Made by a program: the position numbers and the translations under genes. Positions 1-9,259 of a stretch of 64,000 nt of DNA are shown piece by piece. The notes beneath the pieces are model-generated. The model saw only the letters and a program-made list of their open reading frames with translations. It did not search any database and had not been told where the DNA came from. Source of the stretch: Candidatus Latescibacterota bacterium (GTDB taxonomy: Bacteria > Latescibacterota > UBA2968 > GCA-2709665); NCBI GenBank assembly GCA_965237675.1, contig OZ250150.1:928001-992000 (forward strand). Reading direction: 5' to 3'. How positions within the stretch are numbered: position 1 is the first letter of the stretch; the number at the start of each line of letters is the position of its first letter.

Positions 1-197
1 ACAATGGTGAGATCCAGGATCACCATGCAGACGCGCCGCTGGCCGACTTCAAAAACGATGGCCTTTGCAAAGAGCGGATCCATCACGGCCTGGGCCGGGC
101 GGTGCTCGCCAGCCCCGCTTCCCGCCAGATGCGTCCCCGGCGGTGGCGTGATGTCAATCATCGCCGCTCCGGCTCTCAACAGGTTGGTCTCGTGCAT
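1..197 (-). CDS. neutral/alkaline ceramidase-like N-terminal domain protein, 5' part (runs off window start)
   Basis: Read by hand on the minus strand: MHETNLLRAGAAMIDITPPPGTHLAGSG...VMDPLFAKAIVFE...VILDL. The 'AGAA.IDITP' and 'DPL.AKA' motifs are typical; RBS AAAGGAGA lies upstream. Not in the ORF track. Confidence 0.7.
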   Translation of the reverse strand, partial: MHETNLLRAGAAMIDITPPPGTHLAGSGAGEHRPAQAVMDPLFAKAIVFEVGQRRVCMVILDLTI

Positions 198-774
198 GGT
201 TTCTCCTTTCGGCTCCGAGGGCGTCAAAGCGCACAAAAGGCTCGGCGTCGGTCAGCGCCTCGGGTGCAATGGCAGGTTAAACGGAATTTTGGCTGATTTG
301 GAAAGGATCCAGGCGGTCACGCGAACGTGTGCGTTGTTCGGCCTGAGGAAAAATAAGGTGCCGATATCGGTAATATGCAATTCGCCGAAAACGTACGCAA
401 GGATCCAGCGGGGTCCCTCATGAATCGCTTGTCGTCCCACAGAATCGTTCGGGAATGCTCAGAGTACCGCGGTAAAGGATTTTGTCGCGTTTCAGGGATC
501 GGCCTGGCACTTGAGGGCGCACTCCTCCGTACGGCTCACGCAGGGAGCGAATCGCGTAGGAGGTCAGGCGGCGAACTCGAACTGCGGCGGAGGGGGTAGG
601 GAGACGATTCAATATTGGCAAAACGGAGGGAGCAGCTCGTTCTTCCTGAACCGTACTTCCAACGGGGCTATGGGTTGCTATACACCCAGCACATTGAGCA
701 GGCGCACTTGGGCTTTGATTTTGATTTCCTTTAGTTATACCTTTACTGTTAAATTATTGAAGGAGAAAAGCAGA

Positions 775-935
775 ATGCTCGAAGAACAGTATCAAAAAGG
801 CGTTGAACAGTTTTCAAGAATGGTTGGCACCAATAAAATAGACGAGTTAAGGGAGAAATTCAGGTCGTTATCTCCGGATTTTGAAAAGTGAGTGATGGGA
901 GTAGTTGGCGGTGAGATTTGGAGCCGTCCAACCGC
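775..935 (+). pseudogene. carboxymuconolactone decarboxylase (CMD/AhpD-like) family fragment
   Basis: MLEEQYQKGVEQFSRM...LSPDFEK*VMGVVGGEIWSRP; GEIWSRP is a CMD-family motif; in-frame TGA at 889-891 and truncation after SRP; RBS AAGGAG. Confidence 0.6.
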
Positions 936-1052
936 AAGGGCAAAAACAAGCAGCGCCGCACCGCGGCCCAGCAAGCAGAACGCATGGCGCGCATCGGCGA
1001 CCCTCATGGAGGAGTGGGTGGAGGCCGAGGAAGCCATGGATAAAGGAGACCC

Positions 1053-1439
1053 ATGAAACGCAGAAACATACCGACTAGCAGCCCGTTTGGCGCGGAGTTT
1101 GGTTATTCGCGCGCCGTGCGCGTGGACCGGCACGTCCACGTCGCTGGCACCTGCGCCCAGCCGCCGCAGGACCAGGGCGATGCCTACGAGCAGGCCAAAG
1201 GCGCATTGCAGATCATCGACAAGGCGCTCGTCAAAACCGGTGCCAGCCTCGGCGATGTGGTGCGGACGGTCGTGTACATCACCGATGTGACCCATGCCGC
1301 TGGCGTCACCCGCGCTCACCGCGAGGTGTTTGGCGAGATCTTGCCGGCTTCGACCTTGGTCGTCATAGCTGCGCTGCTAAAGCCGCATCTGGTCGTCGAG
1401 ATCGAAGCCTACGCCATTTTGCCCACCGAAAGTACGTGA
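1053..1439 (+). CDS. RidA/YjgF family protein
   Basis: GYSRAVRV...VAGT, DVVRT, PAST, VEIEA motifs; RBS AAGGAG. Confidence 0.9.
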   Translation: MKRRNIPTSSPFGAEFGYSRAVRVDRHVHVAGTCAQPPQDQGDAYEQAKGALQIIDKALVKTGASLGDVVRTVVYITDVTHAAGVTRAHREVFGEILPASTLVVIAALLKPHLVVEIEAYAILPTEST

Positions 1440-1899
1440 ACAAAGACCGCCAAGTCCAGTCTATTGGCGTGTTGGGCTGCGGACCATCTACCAATTTGCC
1501 CACTTTGAGTCGTGCATCAAGGCCCGCAATACGCGGCCGTACGCGCTTTGCGACCAAGCGCCGGACTTGGTCGAGCGCATGGACTACCACGAGGGCTTTC
1601 ACATCTACGGAGAACACGGCAGCGTCGTCGGCAAAACCTACCTGCCGTGGTTTTTGAAATCCAGCGATGTCGAGTGCTTCTCCACGCGAGACGGTCAGTA
1701 CCACCGGCCTTTAGGAGCCGACGCGCATTTCTACCGACTCCAGCTCGAAGGTTTTGCCGATGCAGTCCTCCACGGCGCGCCCCAAATGGGGGCTGATGTG
1801 GAGGATGGAACTCAAGCTATGCGGGCGATGGCCGCCATTGCCCGCTCGGTCGCAAGCGGCGATTGGGTCCGCTTGGAGACCGTCACCGGCGGCGTCTAA
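1436..1899 (+). pseudogene. Gfo/Idh/MocA family oxidoreductase, frameshifted and internally deleted
   Basis: IGVLGCGP followed, after a frameshift, by IYQFAHFESC...ALCD...LVERM, which joins directly to the C-terminal DYHEGFHIYGEHGSV...QLEGFADAV...AIARSVASG. Confidence 0.75.
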
Positions 1900-1911
1900 C
1901 ACAGCGGATCA

Positions 1912-3456
1912 ATGCCCATGTTCTCGGCTGGCCCTCGCTTATGGCCTCTCTATTTGCTCGGAGGCGTCGTCGTCCTGGCGCTCCTGTTGATCTGGTTGCC
2001 CGAAGCCCCCCATCGCCAGCAACAGGTCATGCGCACCATGGCCACCTTCATTCTCGCGATTTTCTTTGCTTTGCTCTGGTTGCTCTTCGCGTCGCGGCTG
2101 GCCTGGGGACAGCGCCTGCGCTATTTCGGCGGTATCGTCCTCGTCATTGCGCTTGGGATCGGGTTTTTTCGCGTTAAGGGTATGAGCGGCGACTTCGCAC
2201 CGATCCTCGAATGGCGTTGGAGTACTGAGGACGAAGCCACCGCTGTCGAAGGAGGGGACGCCACCGCGCTCGACGCCCGCGATTGGCCGCAATTTCTCGG
2301 CCCCGAGCGCAACAACCGCCTCCGCGGCGTCCACCTCGAGCGCGACTGGGCCAAGCACCCGCCGCGCGAAATCTGGCGTCGCCCCGTCGGCGCAGCTTGG
2401 TCCTCCTTTGCCATTGTCGGCGGCCGGGCCGTAACTCAGGAGCAACACGGCCCCGAGGAGCAGGTCGTCTGCTACGACTTGGCAACGGGCCGCAAGCTCT
2501 GGCACCACGCCGACTCGACTCGCTACGAGACCGCCATTGCCGGCATCGGCCCGCGCGCTACGCCCACTATCGCTGGAGACCGGGTTTTCACGCTGGGCGC
2601 TACTGGCATCCTCAACTGCCTGGATCTGGCCAGCGGGGCGCTGATTTGGTCGCGGGACATCCTCGCCGACAATCAGGCTAAGGCCCATATGTGGGGCATT
2701 AGCTGTTCGCCGTTGGTTCTCGACACCTTGGTCGTGGTCAGTGCCGGAGGCCCGGATGAGCGCTCGCTAGTGGCCTATCACCGCCAAAACGGCGCGTTTG
2801 TCTGGGGCGGGGGCACAGACAAGGCCGGCTTCAGTTCACCGCGTCTGGTCACGTTGGCTGGACGCGAGCAGATCCTGATCTTCAACAACCACAGCGTTGT
2901 CGCGCACGATCCGCAGAGCGGAGCTCCCCTCTGGCGTCAGCCTTGGGATCGGGCCGAATGCATTGCCAATCCCCTGCCCTTGCCCGGGGACCGGGTTCTG
3001 GTCTCCACCGGCTACGGCATTGGAGCCAAGCTGTATCAAGTGAATGCCGCGCCCAACGGCGAGTTGACGACCGATATCGTCTGGAAAAGCCCCCGGATCA
3101 AGGCCAAATTTGCCAACATGGTCTATCGCGATGGTTTTGTCTATGGCCTCGACGATGGGGTGCTGGTCTGCCTCGACCCGCAAGACGGTAAGCGTCGCTG
3201 GAAGCGCGGGCGCTACGGCCACGGCCAGCTCATTCTGATAGACGATATCCTTCTGATAATGAGCGAATCGGGTGACGTGTTACTGGTCGAGGCTCGCCCC
3301 GACCGCCACGTAGAACTAGCGCGCATGACGGCCTTCGACGGCAAAACCTGGAATCCCCCGGCCTTTGCCACACCCTATCTGTTAGTGCGCACGGACAGCG
3401 AGGCCGCCTGCTACGAGCTGTCGCTTGCAAACGGTGCTCAGGCGCAGCGCTTCTAA
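1912..3456 (+). CDS. membrane-anchored PQQ-binding-like (BamB-like) beta-propeller protein
   Basis: Three N-terminal TM segments; DWPQFLGPERN, ATP, SSP and W-rich propeller repeats; TWNPP near the C-terminus. Confidence 0.9.
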   Translation: MPMFSAGPRLWPLYLLGGVVVLALLLIWLPEAPHRQQQVMRTMATFILAIFFALLWLLFASRLAWGQRLRYFGGIVLVIALGIGFFRVKGMSGDFAPILEWRWSTEDEATAVEGGDATALDARDWPQFLGPERNNRLRGVHLERDWAKHPPREIWRRPVGAAWSSFAIVGGRAVTQEQHGPEEQVVCYDLATGRKLWHHADSTRYETAIAGIGPRATPTIAGDRVFTLGATGILNCLDLASGALIWSRDILADNQAKAHMWGISCSPLVLDTLVVVSAGGPDERSLVAYHRQNGAFVWGGGTDKAGFSSPRLVTLAGREQILIFNNHSVVAHDPQSGAPLWRQPWDRAECIANPLPLPGDRVLVSTGYGIGAKLYQVNAAPNGELTTDIVWKSPRIKAKFANMVYRDGFVYGLDDGVLVCLDPQDGKRRWKRGRYGHGQLILIDDILLIMSESGDVLLVEARPDRHVELARMTAFDGKTWNPPAFATPYLLVRTDSEAACYELSLANGAQAQRF

Positions 3457-3515
3457 CAGGGCCATGGATTTTCCCGCTACCCCGCCAATCGCGACTCTAA
3501 TAACCGGGCACTTGT

Positions 3516-3810
3516 ATGGAGGAAAGTCATGGCAGACTATTCGCACATTCAAAAGCCGGACTTGGGCTACCGCCGGGTGCTTGCGAGGTGCTCGACTACG
3601 AGCCCTTCATGGTTATTAACCGGCACCTGATTGCCACCGACGAGTTGACGATCCACCGCTCGGCTGCCATCATCCGCCGGACCGGTTCGGCTCCCGTAGG
3701 GTGGCACACCGATTGGCGCAGCTATTCGACCGAAATCAAGCACTCGGGCGACGTCCTCAATCGCGGACTGTGGCCGTCGGGCAAGTGGTTCTACCTGACC
3801 GGGTCGCGGC
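3516..3810 (+). pseudogene. phytanoyl-CoA dioxygenase (PhyH)-like fragment
   Basis: WHTD facial-triad motif then 'WFYLTGS'; similarity ends there and the ORF runs into the convergent gene. Confidence 0.5.
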
Positions 3811-3832
3811 GACGAAATTACTCATTCGGACC

Positions 3833-4405
3833 TCACTGCGTCAGCGAATTCAAGTGTTCGAGAATTTCTTCCTGTTCGGCTAAATCAAACTGATTCGAGC
3901 CGATGTACATATATCTGATAGTGCCGAGTCTATCAATGATAAACGTCGCCGGGCGGGCAATGCTGTTGCTGAGATTGTGATCCGCCAGGCCGATCCAGTT
4001 GTGTAAAGGATAGCCGAGATTGTCGATGATGAACGTCGCGGGGCGGACGATGTTGTAAGCGAGGTTGTGCATCGCCAGGCCGAACCCGTGATATACCCCA
4101 TAACTCTTGATGATGCTCCAGTCTTCGTCCGCCAAAAGAGGATAGGTGATGCCACTGCGCTCGGCGTATTCGCGCAGTTCGCAAAGCTGCTGACCTGCGG
4201 CGATAGCAATAGATGTCGCGTTACGTTCGGCGTACGCGTCTATATGTTCTTGCACAGTCGCCAACTGACGACGGCTTCTCCTTCACCAGGTCCCCCGAAA
4301 AAACGTCAGCACGACGTGTTCTTTTTCCCGATGCGATGCCAGCGACACGTATCGTTGCTGTTGTGAGGGGAGGGTAAATAAGGGGGCCGTATCGTCCACG
4401 CTGAG
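3833..4405 (-). CDS. probable selenocysteine-containing AhpC/TSA (redoxin) protein; 5' end fused to an IS3 fragment
   Basis: ORFs 4283..4558 and 3833..4264 share a frame across TGA 4283-4285: APLFTLP...VVLTFFRGTW-U-RRSRRQL...YPLLAD...RPATFIID; SECIS-like hairpin at 4257-4272. Confidence 0.75.
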
Positions 4406-4629
4406 GACCCGTAGCTTGTACCGCGCAGTGAACCGCCGGCGCTTCGCCTTCTCTGACACTTCCGGGTCAGGGCGGGGCGCCTCGGTAGCAGTCCCTTCGC
4501 TCCGCTCCGGAACTGCTACCGACACCTGCTCCTGTCGGCCGTTGTCCATACTCATCATCTCTTGCTCTCCTCTCCGCCCTCAAGACTACACTAAACTCGG
4601 ATGGGGAGTTGTCTCACTCTATATTGGCA
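4406..4629 (-). mobile_element. IS3-family remnant (left end plus start of orfA)
   Basis: PDPEVSEKAKRRRFTARYKLRVL is a typical IS3 orfA start; terminal TGCCAATATAGAGTGAGACA (minus strand) at 4610-4629. Confidence 0.7.
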
Positions 4630-4715
4630 CGTAGGGATATAATATTTACATTTGACAAACGATCTCCAAAAGGCTATATCATAAGTAGGAAGTTAGCCAA
4701 CAAAAGGGATCGGAA

Positions 4716-5336
4716 ATGGAACAGAAAAAGACGACATACAAGCCGATTAAGGATATGAGTATTTTCCAATTTAGCAAGCGGTTTCCGAATGAAGCTGTTG
4801 CCATATCTTATGTCGAAAACCTGCGATGGAAAGATGGGATTTACTGTCCGCATTGTGGGGTTATCGGCAATGTTCAGAAAACGAAAAACGGCAAGCCGCA
4901 ACCTTATCGCTGTCGAGAATGCCGCAAGCATTTTTCAGTAAGGACCGGAACGATCATGGCGCAGTCCAACCTGCGATTGACAACGTTTCTCAATGCTATC
5001 TATCTTATCATCACACATCGCAAGGGTGTGCCGAGCACTATGCTTGCCAGGGAGTTGGGTGTTACGCAAAAGACAGCATGGCATCTGGCCCACAGAATTC
5101 GTAAAGCGTTGGAGATGAAGGGCGGTTTGTTCTCCGGACCGGTAGAGGTTGACGAAACCTATATTGGCGGCAAGGAACGGAACAAACATTCTTCCAAGAA
5201 GTTGCATGCTGGCCGTGGTACTGTTGGCAAGACTGCGGTTGTGGCAGTGCGAGATCGTGAAGATGGTAAGGTTAAAGCCAGGCTGGTACAGGGAACGGAT
5301 AAAAGGAAGTGGACCCCATCGTCAAGACCAATTTGA
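4716..5336 (+). pseudogene. IS1595-family transposase, C-terminally truncated
   Basis: Zn ribbon CPHCG...YRCRECRKHFSV, HTH 'ARELGVTQKTAW', VEVDETYIGG; the later catalytic D and E region is absent. Confidence 0.85.
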
Positions 5337-5489
5337 GGCGAATTTAAGGTGGATATGTTTTTGGTTTTCGATAGGGTTCTTCTTTGCGGCCCGTGCAACC
5401 GGCTGAAGAGCAATGTGTATACGCTTTCAGGGTTAAGGCGGGAGAACAAGAAGCGGAGATATTTGTACAACGGATAAAGGGGGTACAAG

Positions 5490-5696
5490 ATGGGTGCTGT
5501 TACCGTTGTGATGGGTTTGATTAATCGAGTAGTAAAAGGGGAGCGTCCTGAGGTTGTCGTTCGAGAGGCGGCGGAAGATCCCTTTCTGGCCCGATCTCTT
5601 CAGATTGATGAGGATATTCGTACCGGGCGGAACCGTCCGTTATCACCGGAGGAACAGCGCCGGTTTATTGAACGAGTAAGAAGGGGCGGGAAGTGA
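5490..5696 (+). CDS. small hypothetical protein, putative antitoxin
   Basis: 68 aa; GTGA overlap with the downstream RelE-like gene. Confidence 0.5.
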   Translation: MGAVTVVMGLINRVVKGERPEVVVREAAEDPFLARSLQIDEDIRTGRNRPLSPEEQRRFIERVRRGGK

Positions 5697-6055
5697 ATGA
5701 GGGGCGCGAGAGGCAACGGACCAGAAAAGCAGAGACGCCCGTTGAACAACCCAAACCGGAAGCACCACCGGTAGAGCAAGAGGTTATCATCTATCGGCGT
5801 GTTTCACGGTTTATAGAGAGGAAATTGCAACCAAAAGTACAGACACGTGCGCTTGCGGCGATTGATTCTCTCAAAGTCCCCACAAATATACGGGGGTCGG
5901 TAAAGATAGAGGGACGACCTGCCAACGATCCCATGTTCAGGATTGATAAAGATGCTTATAGGATCTTCTACAAGCGTCTTGAGGGCAAGGTTCATGTGGT
6001 AGACATGGAGAATCGGCAAGGTGCTTATGACAAGGGTCGCACGAGGAAACGCTGA
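5693..6055 (+). CDS. RelE/ParE-family toxin-like protein
   Basis: KLQPKVQTRALAAIDSL...SVKIEG...FRIDKDAYRIFY...VHVVDMENRQGAY matches the RelE pattern. Confidence 0.7.
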   Translation: MNEGRERQRTRKAETPVEQPKPEAPPVEQEVIIYRRVSRFIERKLQPKVQTRALAAIDSLKVPTNIRGSVKIEGRPANDPMFRIDKDAYRIFYKRLEGKVHVVDMENRQGAYDKGRTRKR

Positions 6056-6110
6056 TCTCCACAAGATGGGGACAGTGATATTAGATTCCATAGACGTTGC
6101 GGGGAAGGCA

Positions 6111-6305
6111 ATGAAAAAGACAGGCAAGCGCAGGGCGGCAACCAAAGGAAGAATTAAGGTTGCAAAGTCTTCGTACAGTCCCACGAAGGCGGAGACGGAA
6201 GAGTTGGTAAAGATTCCAAAGAAGTTGGAAGGTGCGTCTTTTGACGCTTTTGTGAGTGTTGCGATAAGGCCAGTTGAAGTTAAGGAGTCGGACAAGCCGA
6301 AATAA
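6111..6305 (+). CDS. small basic hypothetical protein (IS passenger)
   Basis: 64 aa, Lys-rich, 'YSPTKAETEE'; purine-rich RBS-like sequence upstream. Confidence 0.45.
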   Translation: MKKTGKRRAATKGRIKVAKSSYSPTKAETEELVKIPKKLEGASFDAFVSVAIRPVEVKESDKPK

Positions 6306-6365
6306 TTAGATTTTCCTCGTGTGCAAACTTCACTTCCCGTCGGCTAACATTGTATATAGTTCCCA

Positions 6366-6572
6366 TTGTAAAGGATTTCGGCGCGTTTCCGGCGTCAACC
6401 CGATACTCCCGCCACACGTCTCCCCGGCAGTCCCGCTCCTGCGGAGCGCAGATGCCCGGACCTGTCCCATTTCCCGCCAGATTCCCCTTGCCTGTGAAGG
6501 AGAGAACGTCGTATTTTCTTCCTATACGCCAACAATACACCAGGCTTGCAACGGCTCCGCAGGGTTGCGCCA
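6366..6572 (+). repeat. ~207-bp direct repeat, copy 1 (promoter-bearing)
   Basis: Aligns with 13017..13224 with about 12 substitutions and 1 indel (manual count). Confidence 0.95.
6488..6517 (+). promoter_or_regulatory. putative sigma70 promoter upstream of the dcm operon
   Basis: TTGCCT-N18-TATTTT; identical in copy 2 (13140-13169). Confidence 0.45.
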
Positions 6573-6699
6573 TATCCAGAACATTTCAACGGAGGCACGA
6601 GGTGATCCAGAGAGGTCTTTCGGAAATCCTTTCTGTTCAGACCCTGTTCCCTCCATTTGATTCAATTGCCTAAGTCCAACGACATCAGGTGTAGGTGTT

Positions 6700-7857
6700 A
6701 TGGGTAATCGTGAAGCTCACTATATCGTAGACCTGTTCAGTGGGGCAGGAGGCCTTAGTCTTGGCTGTGCCCGCGCAGGGTTTGTTGTTAGTGGCGCTAT
6801 TGATAACGATCCAAAGGCTAACGAAACTCACAAGCGTAACTTCCCAAACGCGGTACATGTAAACACAGATATTGCCGAACTTACCGGTACTGACCTAAAA
6901 CATGAATTGCATCTTAACGGCGAAACCATTATGGGGATTGTGGGCGGCCCTCCGTGTCAAGGCTTTAGCGCTATCGGTAGAAGGGACAAAAACGATATGC
7001 GCAATATGTCGTTCGTCCATTTCTTCCGCATAGTTTCTGAAGTCCAACCCAAGTTTTTCCTTGTCGAGAACGTGCCAGGAATCATGCATGACATGCATGA
7101 CGAAATCAGAGAGCAGGCATTCTCTCTCGTCGACGACAACTATGATGTTTTGTCTGAAATGTACTTGTCGGCAAATGAATACGGGGCTCCGACTAATCGG
7201 AAGCGAGTCTTTTTCTTTGGATATCGCACCGACGAGATGGACCCTCTGACGATTGACAGCTTTGATCCTCCTTTGGACGCAGAAACCGTTCATGTGAAGG
7301 ATGCCCTGTGTGGATTGCCTACGAGAATAGACCCCGAGTGGCAAAAGGAAGAACAGAGCTGGCAGGTTGTTGGCATCTCCCCGAACGGCAGCTTCGGACA
7401 AAGACTCCACGGACACATCCCCTCCGGTGTCGGCGACCAGGACGCTATTCGCCGGCTATTGAGTAAGAATGAAGTCTCCGGTTTCTTGGGCACCGCACAT
7501 ACAGCAGAAGTAGCTGACAGATACGCCAAGACCGAGTGCGGCCGATACGACTCCATCTCTAAGTCGTATCGACTCGATCCTGACGGCTTTTGCCGGACAT
7601 TGCGTGCGGGTACTGGTCCCGCCCAAGGTAGCTTCCAAGCGGTAAGGCCCATACACCCGACTGAAGCCCGAGTAATAACTCCACGTGAAGCCGCGAGACT
7701 TCAGGGCTTTCCTGATTGGTTTCAATTTTCCCCTACGAAATGGCATAGCTTCCGGCAAATCGGCAACAGCGTTAGTCCAATCCTCGCAGAACGAATCCTT
7801 AGAGTGGTAGCCAAGTCGCTGGGTATCCCCAATGCGACGGAGGACAAATGTGAATAA
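6700..7857 (+). CDS. dcm: DNA (cytosine-5)-methyltransferase
   Basis: DLFSGAGG (motif I), GGPPCQGFS (IV), ENV (VI), RKR (VIII), TPREAARLQGFP (IX), QIGNSV (X). Confidence 0.95.
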   Translation: MGNREAHYIVDLFSGAGGLSLGCARAGFVVSGAIDNDPKANETHKRNFPNAVHVNTDIAELTGTDLKHELHLNGETIMGIVGGPPCQGFSAIGRRDKNDMRNMSFVHFFRIVSEVQPKFFLVENVPGIMHDMHDEIREQAFSLVDDNYDVLSEMYLSANEYGAPTNRKRVFFFGYRTDEMDPLTIDSFDPPLDAETVHVKDALCGLPTRIDPEWQKEEQSWQVVGISPNGSFGQRLHGHIPSGVGDQDAIRRLLSKNEVSGFLGTAHTAEVADRYAKTECGRYDSISKSYRLDPDGFCRTLRAGTGPAQGSFQAVRPIHPTEARVITPREAARLQGFPDWFQFSPTKWHSFRQIGNSVSPILAERILRVVAKSLGIPNATEDKCE

Positions 7858-9259
7858 GTCACAGCAAGGCAAGTACGAGCCGGTCGATGCTTCCCCGGTC
7901 AAGTCGTTCTTCGTTTCCATGCTCACACGGGATATTCAACTGGAAGATGCCATACTCGACTTGCTCGACAATTGCGTTGACGGCATCTTGCGCTCCAAGG
8001 GAACTAACGGTCCGCGGCCGTACGAGGGCTTCAAAGCTGAAATCGAGTTCGGCGCCGAATCGTTTTCGATTCATGACAACTGCGGTGGCATTCCTTGGGA
8101 ACTGCACGAATACGCATTCAGAATGGGACCAGATCCTGATAGACCACGCGATGAATCCGGAACCGTCGGCGTATACGGAATCGGGATGAAACGGGCGATA
8201 TTCAAGTTGGGCAAACAGTGCCTCATATCCACTCGCAATGACGAGGACCAGTACGAGGTCGAGATCACTCCAGACTGGATAACAGACGAAGCTGTGTGGG
8301 TTATCCCTGTTCGTGAGGCCGATATCTCTGCAGATTACGACGGGACTACCATTATGGTCGGCGAGTTGTATCCCGGTATAGCTAAGACCTTTGGTGAGGG
8401 AGCGAAGTCCTTCAAAAGTGATCTGAAACGAATGATTGCGACACACTATGCATACATCATCGATAAGGGGTTTGAGGTCACGGTAAATGGTGATTCGGTC
8501 AAGCCCGGATCTACGAAAATCGTACACGATGAACGAGACACTGCATGTGCAGATGCGATTAGACCATTCGTCTTCAAAAGCGCCATCGATGGCGTCAGCG
8601 TCTACCTAGCTGTGGGCTTCACTCGTCCAATTCCTTCCGAGAACGAGCTTAGAGAGGAACAGGAGGCCGCGAGGTATTCTTCCGTAGATGCAGGATGGAC
8701 CATTCTTTGTAATGACAGGGCCGTGCTCTACTGTGACCGCAGTGAATTAACCGGCTGGGGGGAAGCTGGTGTTCCACGTTACCACACTCAATTCATCGCC
8801 ATATCGGGCATAGTCGACTTTCGATCCGACGACCCCTCGAAGCTCCCTACAACAACGACCAAGCGAGGAATCGACGCATCGTCACCTCTATATCTTCAGG
8901 TCAAGAATAAAATGCGTGAAGGTATGAGGATATTCACAGACTATACCAACAAATGGAAGGGCCGAGCAGAAGAATCTAAGTATCAAATCGAGCATGGTAC
9001 TCCTCTTCCCCTTGAGCAGCTAAAGACAAGTACCGAGCGACTAACCTTCACGAACACTCGCATTCTGCCTCTTGGCGAACAATATAAGCCTCAACTCCCT
9101 TTGCCACGTAGGCCTGAACGGACGACGCGCCGGATCTCGTTTGTCAAAGAAATTTCTAAGATCAAGGCGGTAGCCGACTACTTGGGGGATCCCGACATGC
9201 AGACCTCGGAAGTTGGCGAAGAATGTTTCGACGCCATACATGCTGAGGCTAGGGAATGA
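7850..9259 (+). CDS. GHKL ATPase (HATPase_c_3 / prokaryotic MORC-like)
   Basis: AILDLLDNCVD, DNCGGI, GVYGIGMKRA, GTTI Bergerat-fold motifs; GTG start overlaps the dcm stop. Confidence 0.85.
   Translation: MNKSQQGKYEPVDASPVKSFFVSMLTRDIQLEDAILDLLDNCVDGILRSKGTNGPRPYEGFKAEIEFGAESFSIHDNCGGIPWELHEYAFRMGPDPDRPRDESGTVGVYGIGMKRAIFKLGKQCLISTRNDEDQYEVEITPDWITDEAVWVIPVREADISADYDGTTIMVGELYPGIAKTFGEGAKSFKSDLKRMIATHYAYIIDKGFEVTVNGDSVKPGSTKIVHDERDTACADAIRPFVFKSAIDGVSVYLAVGFTRPIPSENELREEQEAARYSSVDAGWTILCNDRAVLYCDRSELTGWGEAGVPRYHTQFIAISGIVDFRSDDPSKLPTTTTKRGIDASSPLYLQVKNKMREGMRIFTDYTNKWKGRAEESKYQIEHGTPLPLEQLKTSTERLTFTNTRILPLGEQYKPQLPLPRRPERTTRRISFVKEISKIKAVADYLGDPDMQTSEVGEECFDAIHAEARE

Larger units (their letters stand above)
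4634..6364 (+). mobile_element. IS1595-family element with passenger genes (ends tentative)
   Basis: Transposase plus three small downstream ORFs, bounded by GGGATATAATATTTACA and TGTATATAGTTCCC (weak inverted repeats). Confidence 0.55.

Noticed and set aside
889-891. In-frame TGA in the CMD fragment as possible selenocysteine
   Set aside because: It is not at a redox Cys position, there is no convincing SECIS hairpin, and the gene is truncated shortly after.
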